A stretch of 64,000 nucleotides of DNA, taken from NCBI GenBank assembly GCA_050179935.1, contig JBFXEQ010000012.1, positions 13,828 through 77,827 on the forward strand. Direction: 5' to 3'. This stretch comes from Bacteroidales bacterium. Its GTDB lineage: Bacteria > Bacteroidota > Bacteroidia > Bacteroidales > UBA12077. Positions within the stretch are counted from its first letter, which is position 1. Each line of letters starts with the position of its first letter. The notes under the pieces are model-generated. The model saw nothing but the letters and a program-made list of their open reading frames with translations, was not told where the DNA came from and searched no databases. This document shows, one piece after another, positions 57,775 through 64,000 of this stretch. A program made the translations under genes and the position numbers.

Positions 57775-57811
57775 AAAAATAACAAAACCAAATATAAAGA
57801 ATATTTGGTTT
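57775..57811 (-). terminator. Intrinsic terminator after the aminotransferase gene
   Basis: On the minus strand: AAACCAAATATTCTTTATATTTGGTTTTGTTATTTTT. Confidence 0.65.
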
Positions 57812-57843
57812 CTATTTCATTACAAATTTCAGAATTCAAAAAA

Positions 57844-58995
57844 TTAGCCAAGTGAATTAATTTTTTTAAGGCGCATACAAGCTTCTTTCATAATTTCCCT
57901 ATTACGATTAAAACACATTCCAACCATTTTATTATCAACAGAATCGTGATAAAAAACAGACAATGGGAAAAGAGCTACACCCACCTGATCAATAAGTCTT
58001 TTTGCAAATTCGGTATCTTTTTCGTCGCTTATAGCCTTATAATCAAGTAATTGATAAAATGTTCCCTTTGATGGAACAATTTCAAATTTTGAATTCATTA
58101 AGCAATCCAACACCATGTTTCTATTTTCTTCATACGGCTCTACAATGGCAGAGTAATCGATTGTTGTCTTCATATAATCAGCCAGAGCATATTGCAGTGG
58201 TGTATTTACCGAGTTTATCTGAAATATATTTGATTTACGAATCTGACTCATAAGTTTTTCAGGTGCTAATAGATACCCAATTTTCCAACCTGGAATATTC
58301 AGTGTTTTACCAAATGACGATATAATAATACTTCTTTCGGCTAACTGCTGATTTTCGGCAATGCTATGATGTTTTCTGGTATCGAAAACAATATGTTCGA
58401 ATGTTTCGTTACTAATTACCAGAATTTTTGTACCGTTTGTAATTTTTCGGAGCTGTGCAATATCTTCTTCTGTAAACACTGATCCTGTTGGGTTGTGAGG
58501 AGAATTTACAATTATCAGTTTGGTTCTGGTATTAATTATTTTTTGAACTTCTTCCCAATCAATATAATAATCGGGGCGTTTTAATTGTACAAAAACAGGA
58601 CGACCTCCACTATTAAGTATTGCAGGAACATAACTCGAATAGGCAGGTTCAAACAAAACAACCTCATCTCCTTCGCTAACAAATGTACTAATTGCAGTAA
58701 ACATAGCCTGTGTAGCACCTGCTGTTATTGTTATTTCTGTTGCAGGACTGTATTTAGCGTTGTAAAATGATTCAACTTTCTCAGAAATTGCCTCTCTCAG
58801 TTCTGGCAATCCATCGGTATGAGCATATTGATTATATCCTTTTCTAATGTATTTTTCAGCAAGTTTTGAAAGCTCTGCAGGACATGAAAAATCGGGTGAA
58901 ATTTGGGCTAGATTTAACACATCGCTATCCTGTACTAACTCTGCAATTAAAGTATGAATATCTTTCCCAACATTTAAAAACTTTGTTTTAATCAT
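57844..58995 (-). CDS. Class I/II PLP-dependent aminotransferase (YbdL/methionine aminotransferase-like)
   Basis: 383 aa. Contains NSPHNPTG and the PLP lysine in SSFGKTLNIPGWKIGY. Confidence 0.85.
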   Translation of the reverse strand: MIKTKFLNVGKDIHTLIAELVQDSDVLNLAQISPDFSCPAELSKLAEKYIRKGYNQYAHTDGLPELREAISEKVESFYNAKYSPATEITITAGATQAMFTAISTFVSEGDEVVLFEPAYSSYVPAILNSGGRPVFVQLKRPDYYIDWEEVQKIINTRTKLIIVNSPHNPTGSVFTEEDIAQLRKITNGTKILVISNETFEHIVFDTRKHHSIAENQQLAERSIIISSFGKTLNIPGWKIGYLLAPEKLMSQIRKSNIFQINSVNTPLQYALADYMKTTIDYSAIVEPYEENRNMVLDCLMNSKFEIVPSKGTFYQLLDYKAISDEKDTEFAKRLIDQVGVALFPLSVFYHDSVDNKMVGMCFNRNREIMKEACMRLKKINSLG

Positions 58996-59213
58996 TTCCT
59001 GTAATTTCGTTTTAGGAACGCAAAAGTATAAAATTATCCAAATTATAAAAGTTAATTCATTATTTGTTTGTTCACAAAATGGATGTATTTCTTATGGTAA
59101 AATAAGCGTTAATTCTTTTACAAATGTTATTCCGTTTTTTGATTTCTTTTATTTTTCAGGATCTTTTTTGGCCAATTTAAGATTATAGGCTATTAAGAGG
59201 GCAAGTATGTTGA

Positions 59214-59939
59214 TTAATGAAACACATCTCGCAAAACCACCAACGATTTAATATTTTTCAACCCATCGTTGTGCAGATAATAATATTCGACAATTTTTTC
59301 TAACAAATTAATTCGTTGATTATAAGAAAGCTTTATCTCTTGTTGCTGAATCCCCTGATATTGAATTAATTTTGAAAAGCAGTAACTTAACTCAGGATTT
59401 ATAAAATACGAATGCATGGGTTTTAACGCCACAAAATTTCCGTTTAGTAAATCGAAAAATGTTTCAGTTTCGGAATAGTTATTTGTTGGGTAAAAACCAA
59501 GGTATTTTGACAGTTGTAGTAAAAAATAAAGATGAAAATCAGGTATTCCATCTGTTTTAATATCTAACAACTGAATATTATGATACAAGAAATCAAACAA
59601 TCCTGCATTGGGTTCCTGTTCGCGAATAGTTTTATATAATATTTCAGCAATAAATAACGAAATGGAACTTTTTCGAATATCGTGAGGAATGGAGCTAAAT
59701 ACAAATGCATTTCGAACCTCTTTAATCGATTGCAAATCGCGGTTTGGCTTATTATACACCTCCATATCGAGTAAATAAAGTGGCTGTAAAACATTGGCCT
59801 TAATATTCGATTTTTTACCTCTGACCCCTTTAATTAAAAACGATTGTCTTCCGAATTTCTCAGTATAAATTGTGGCAATTACACTTGTTTCGGAGTATTT
59901 AATAAAATGTAAGACAATTCCTCGGGTTTTTTGGATCAT
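59214..59939 (-). CDS. recO: DNA repair protein RecO
   Basis: 241 aa from the ATG at 59939 (MIQKTRGIVLHFIKYSETS...), which is the typical RecO opening. The ORF-track TTG start at 59960 is less likely. Confidence 0.85.
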   Translation of the reverse strand: MIQKTRGIVLHFIKYSETSVIATIYTEKFGRQSFLIKGVRGKKSNIKANVLQPLYLLDMEVYNKPNRDLQSIKEVRNAFVFSSIPHDIRKSSISLFIAEILYKTIREQEPNAGLFDFLYHNIQLLDIKTDGIPDFHLYFLLQLSKYLGFYPTNNYSETETFFDLLNGNFVALKPMHSYFINPELSYCFSKLIQYQGIQQQEIKLSYNQRINLLEKIVEYYYLHNDGLKNIKSLVVLRDVFH

Positions 59940-60213
59940 ACCTAAATATTTCTCTGTCAAAATTATTCATTCTTTCTTTTAAATTGAAGATTCTTTAGAG
60001 AATTAATAAAAACTTGATTTATTGTTTTCGTTATGAAAAACTCAGCACAATCTATTTTTGAGTTAATTATATTTCATATAAAATACCATTGGCAGGTTAT
60101 AAAACGTTTATCAAAGAATTGACTATGCAATTTATAAATAGTAAATTTATATTTTATTAATCAACAACCTAATAATCAAATATTTTAAAGCATTAACCCA
60201 AAATTTAAGCCTT

Positions 60214-60657
60214 ATGAAAAAAGTTGTTATTATTACTGGAATTATTGGAGCAATTTTCATTGCTATTGGTGTTCTATTTAAAACTATGCATTGGCCTGGC
60301 GCTGCAATTGCTGTATTAATAGGAGCATTAGCTTTAGCAATTTATGCGTTAACCTATATGATTGAAAAACTAAAAACTGCGGGTAACGGTATAGAAAAAA
60401 CTTATATCGTTTTTTTTGGTATATCCGGAATTATTATGTGCATAGGATTTTTATTTAAAATCATGCATTGGCCTGGTGCGGGAGTTATGCTTTACACATT
60501 CTTTGTAACTTATACAATTCTTGTAATTTTAGCAATTATAAGAGCTTATAAAGAACCTGATAAAAATTTGCAATTTGCGTATATTAACAATCTGATTTTG
60601 CTTATCGGAGTTATGCTCATCTTGACATTTCCAACGATTATTAGATTGATTAATTAG
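60214..60657 (+). CDS. Small 4-TM membrane protein with duplicated LFKxMHWPGA hairpin motif
   Basis: 147 aa. GVLFKTMHWPGAA (residues ~20-32) and GFLFKIMHWPGAG (~79-91) each sit between two hydrophobic helices. Confidence 0.6.
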   Translation: MKKVVIITGIIGAIFIAIGVLFKTMHWPGAAIAVLIGALALAIYALTYMIEKLKTAGNGIEKTYIVFFGISGIIMCIGFLFKIMHWPGAGVMLYTFFVTYTILVILAIIRAYKEPDKNLQFAYINNLILLIGVMLILTFPTIIRLIN

Positions 60658-60685
60658 TCATCGTAAAAATTATAAAAGTTAAAGA

Positions 60686-60714
60686 AAAAGAAGGATTATC
60701 GATCCTTCTTTTTG
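60686..60714 (+). terminator. Intrinsic terminator between convergent genes
   Basis: AGAAGGAT-TATCG-ATCCTTCT followed by TTTTT. Confidence 0.7.
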
Positions 60715-60726
60715 GTTTAATAAACC

Positions 60727-63018
60727 TTACTTTATAAACAACAATTTGGTAATATGGGTTTTTGATCCATCGTCATTGGTACAAAAAACAAGATAAACTC
60801 CTGTACTAACATGTTGTCCCGAAAAGTTTTTGCCATTCCATGTTGCTTGTCCACCTTCGGCTGTGGTTTCGTAAACAATATTTCCGCTTATATCAGTAAT
60901 TTTAACGTTTACGTCCGATACTAATCCGCGAATGGTAATGTCTCCCTCAAAATCTTCGCGTACCGGATTTGGATAAACATAAACATCTTTAAATTCATCG
61001 GTTCCCATGGTTGCTGTTCCCTGATAAGACACCAATCCTTTTTCTGTAGCAAAGAATATTTCTCCACTTTCATTATCAATTCCAATATCAAAGATTCTGT
61101 TAGATAAAAGGGGGCTGTTTTCTTCAGTAAAATGATTTATTTCTTCTGTTCCGTTTTTTGAAACCAGATAAACACCAGAACTGCTGGTTCCGATCCATTT
61201 ACGGTTAGCTCCATCAACTTCAATTGATGTTATTACTTCGGTAGAAAGCAGATATTGGGTTATTTCGCCAGTAGTTAAAACAATTCGCTGGGCATAAAAA
61301 TTATCATTTTCGAAAACATTCTCGGGATTATAAAAAACAACAACTCCCTGATCGGTTCCAACCCAGATAACGCCATTCAGATCTTCGGTTATTGAGTAAA
61401 CATTGTTCGTAATTAATTTGCCATTTTCGTCGAGTAGGCTAATTTTTTTTACCCGGTCATCGTTAGTGTTATCAATAGTACTATTTTCGCTAAAAACAAG
61501 TAATCCCAGCCCATCTGGTAGAATAATCCATTTGTCGTTATTACGGGTTACTAAAATTTCGCCGGTACGAACATTACTAATAATATCGTCGAAATTAAAT
61601 CCTTTCCATTCGCCATTGGCTTTTTTTACTGAGATTAAATTAGTAACACCCGAATTAGTCATCCACAGGTTGTTGTCATTATCAAAATCCAATCCTCCTA
61701 TTCGGATATAGTTTTCGCCTGCAACAATTGATTGCAACGTACTATTTTCAGCATTAAATATTTGAACAGGTTCATTGTTGCTGTATTCAATTAATCCAAA
61801 ACCCCATGTGCCGGCATAATAATGGTTATTGTTTGTGGGATCTATTCTAACATATACTATATCAGATACATTGTAATTTATTTTTGTATTCCATTGCTGA
61901 TCGCTAAAAGAATGAACTGTACCGTTTTTAAATGCATTGTTTCCTGCCTGAGTTATACCTCCGCCAGCCACCAAAACTTTGCTATTCTGAATGTCAAACG
62001 AAAACGCATCGGATGAGTAAGGCGCATTTGGAATTATGAACTCAAAGTTATTTGTAGTTTTTTTAACCAGACCATTACCTAAATCGCTTATCCAGATTGT
62101 ATTGTCAGATGTAATCAACGCATCGGAGATATTGGGATTTGTATAATCCGAAGTACGAATTGAATCGATAAAATTAAGATTTTGATCATATACCGACATT
62201 CGTTTGTCGGCGATTACTATTAGCTTATTGTTGGTATAATTTATTTTATGAATTTCTGAGAATTCGTTTTTAAAAACACTCCATGCGTTTTCCGTTAATA
62301 CATAAATAACATCATTTATCAGATTGTTTGAATAGTTAACCATAATTCTGCCATTAACTAATTCTACTGAATTATATACACCTGAGTTATCGGGTAGCGA
62401 TACCTGTTGTATCCAGTTATTATAGTCAGCTAGGTTTGAAGAAATATAATCTCCAATATAAACCCCTGAGTTTGTTGCCGCATATAAGTATTGTCCGTCA
62501 AAAGCAAGCTGATTAATAGTTAATATAGATCCATTTTCGCCAATAAAATAAGTATCTTTAACCTCATGCTTGGGGATATTTAAAACTACAATTCCAAATC
62601 CACAGGATATAACTGCGTACTCATCAATAAAAATAACATTATTGATTCTTTTGCTTCCTAAAATTACTTTTCGTTTAATATCGGGTATGTTGACAATCTC
62701 TTTCCCTTGTATGAGATCGATATTTCCGTTTTCGTAACCAATAAATAGAACGTTATTATTAGATGAATAGGATAAGGCTGAAATACCAATATCCGACAAT
62801 CCATTAACTTTTGTAAGCTTCTCAATGCTTTTTGAGCTTTCGGAATAAATTAATACACCATAATCGGTTGCTGAGTATATCTTCCCTGGAGATTGGGTAA
62901 TATATTGCTGAAACGTAAATGGCAAATGATCACGCCATTGACCTATACCAATTTGAGAAAAGATTTGAGAAATTTGTAAAACGTTTAAAATAATTATAAG
63001 CAAAATCGTTTTCCGCAT
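60727..63018 (-). CDS. porZ: Double beta-propeller protein with T9SS C-terminal domain, PorZ-like
   Basis: 763 aa with a signal peptide. Repeated Reg_prop-like blades are present (…WIGT..G..). The opening is GIGQWRDHLPF and the C-terminal CTD reads VYPNPVREDF...TGVYLVFCT. The size and layout match PorZ as I recall it. Confidence 0.55.
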   Translation of the reverse strand: MRKTILLIIILNVLQISQIFSQIGIGQWRDHLPFTFQQYITQSPGKIYSATDYGVLIYSESSKSIEKLTKVNGLSDIGISALSYSSNNNVLFIGYENGNIDLIQGKEIVNIPDIKRKVILGSKRINNVIFIDEYAVISCGFGIVVLNIPKHEVKDTYFIGENGSILTINQLAFDGQYLYAATNSGVYIGDYISSNLADYNNWIQQVSLPDNSGVYNSVELVNGRIMVNYSNNLINDVIYVLTENAWSVFKNEFSEIHKINYTNNKLIVIADKRMSVYDQNLNFIDSIRTSDYTNPNISDALITSDNTIWISDLGNGLVKKTTNNFEFIIPNAPYSSDAFSFDIQNSKVLVAGGGITQAGNNAFKNGTVHSFSDQQWNTKINYNVSDIVYVRIDPTNNNHYYAGTWGFGLIEYSNNEPVQIFNAENSTLQSIVAGENYIRIGGLDFDNDNNLWMTNSGVTNLISVKKANGEWKGFNFDDIISNVRTGEILVTRNNDKWIILPDGLGLLVFSENSTIDNTNDDRVKKISLLDENGKLITNNVYSITEDLNGVIWVGTDQGVVVFYNPENVFENDNFYAQRIVLTTGEITQYLLSTEVITSIEVDGANRKWIGTSSSGVYLVSKNGTEEINHFTEENSPLLSNRIFDIGIDNESGEIFFATEKGLVSYQGTATMGTDEFKDVYVYPNPVREDFEGDITIRGLVSDVNVKITDISGNIVYETTAEGGQATWNGKNFSGQHVSTGVYLVFCTNDDGSKTHITKLLFIK

Positions 63019-63067
63019 AATTTTATCTTTACTACAAAACCTAAAATTCGTTTGTTTATTATGGCAA

Positions 63068-63649
63068 TTACCAACTAGTTTTTTTTATAAAATCGACTAA
63101 TTTCTTAATAGCCCTTGCTCTGTGACTTATTTTATTTTTATCATGAAGGCTCATTTCTGCAAATGATAAAGAAAATCCATCAGGCAAAAAAATTGGATCA
63201 TAGCCAAAACCAGAATCACCATGCCTTTCAGTAAGTATTGTTCCTTCAACAGTTCCTTCGAACTGAGTTTCGCAACCATTTATAATTAAAGAAATTACTG
63301 TTCTGAAACGGGCTTTTCTGGTGTTTATCCCTTTTAGTTCATTAAGTACTTTATCAATATTTGCCTGCGAATCTTTATTATCACCAGCATACCTGGCAGA
63401 TAATACTCCTGGTTTACCATTCAAAAAATCTATTTCCAATCCGGTATCGTCAGCAAAACAGTTTACTTTATATTTATTAAATATATGCCACGCTTTTTGT
63501 GAGGCATTTTCTTCTAATGTAAAATAGTCTTCAGGAATCTCTTCATCACAATGAATATCCATTAGAGACAATAATTTTATTTTCGATCCAAGTAAATGCT
63601 GAATCTCTTCAAGCTTATGACGGTTATTTGTGGCAAAAACTAATTCCAT
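63068..63649 (-). CDS. rdgB: Non-canonical purine NTP (dITP/XTP) pyrophosphatase
   Basis: 193 aa. Contains LVFATNNRHKLEE, DDTGLEIDFLNGKPGV and FGYDPIF. Confidence 0.92.
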   Translation of the reverse strand: MELVFATNNRHKLEEIQHLLGSKIKLLSLMDIHCDEEIPEDYFTLEENASQKAWHIFNKYKVNCFADDTGLEIDFLNGKPGVLSARYAGDNKDSQANIDKVLNELKGINTRKARFRTVISLIINGCETQFEGTVEGTILTERHGDSGFGYDPIFLPDGFSLSFAEMSLHDKNKISHRARAIKKLVDFIKKTSW

Positions 63650-63656
63650 AATTATT

Positions 63657-63687
63657 CAAAAAAAGTGGATGCCCAATGGTCATCCAC
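63657..63687 (-). terminator. Intrinsic terminator after the universal stress protein gene
   Basis: A GTGGATG/CATCCAC stem followed on the minus strand by T7. Confidence 0.65.
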
Positions 63688-63712
63688 ACAAGTAATTTTA
63701 TTTAATTTCAAA

Positions 63713-64000
63713 TTAATTAAATCCCATAAATTTGGTAAGATCTTCGCGTGGGTTAATTACCATAACAGGAATTTTGGCGCTATTTGCAATAATAAACTGC
63801 TCAGAAGCACCCAGAACATAGTCTGAAAAACCAATGTTTTTTGTAGAAACAATCAGAATTAGATCGGCATTTGAATCTTTTGCATAATCAATAGTTTCAA
63901 TTGCAAAATTCTTTTTTCCCTCAACTGTTGATATTTCGTAATTCATTCCTTTTTCTTCCATAAATTTTCGGGCGAAGGTAATATTTGCTTTAATTTTATT
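63713..64000 (-). CDS. Universal stress protein family, C-terminal part (frame stays open to the window edge)
   Basis: ...ADLILIVSTKN...GASEQFIIANSAKIPVMVI matches the USP C-terminal pattern. There is no stop between 63962 and 64000 in frame, so the real start is probably outside the window. Confidence 0.65.
   Translation of the reverse strand, partial: NKIKANITFARKFMEEKGMNYEISTVEGKKNFAIETIDYAKDSNADLILIVSTKNIGFSDYVLGASEQFIIANSAKIPVMVINPREDLTKFMGFN

Overview
This is an AT-rich chromosomal segment that looks like Bacteroidota. Supporting signs are T9SS C-terminal sorting domains, a PorZ-like gene, TAnnTTTG-type -7 boxes, an F-type atpBEFHAG operon without atpDC, and a V-type ntp operon. All calls come from reading the ORF translations and the DNA by eye; no searches were run.

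I call about 56 CDS (three of them partial or decayed), 2 tRNAs (Lys-CTT, Asn-GTT), 10 hairpin terminators and 2 small repeat families. Gene order along the window:
- End of a V-type ATPase operon (B, inserted four-helix-bundle gene, D, I, K), directly followed by the F-type operon.
- A minus-strand sensory block: hybrid kinase, translationally coupled M48/YgjP peptidase, then three tandem output-less Cache-HAMP-GAF-coiled-coil-PAS paralogs.
- Housekeeping genes (MacA-like adaptor, tsaB, efp).
- An arginine decarboxylase / agmatinase / deoxyhypusine-synthase-like operon converging on efp.
- A second hybrid kinase, then dgt and ypfJ.
- A tightly coupled five-gene heterodisulfide-reductase-like operon (HdrC/B/A-like, ferredoxin, fused cytochrome-b/HdrD-like membrane subunit).
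- Two secreted peptidases and a DsrE-like gene.
- A tRNA pair bracketing a decayed ATPase gene.
- kbl, a deoxynucleoside kinase, a GH3-family operon, recO, a PorZ-like gene and rdgB.

No CRISPR array, transposase, integrase or recognisable defence system was seen.

The most interesting items are the triplicated output-less sensor array, the Hdr-like quinone-linked operon, the IVS-like cassette inside the V-ATPase operon, the DHS-like polyamine operon next to efp, and a ~105-nt intergenic repeat present twice.
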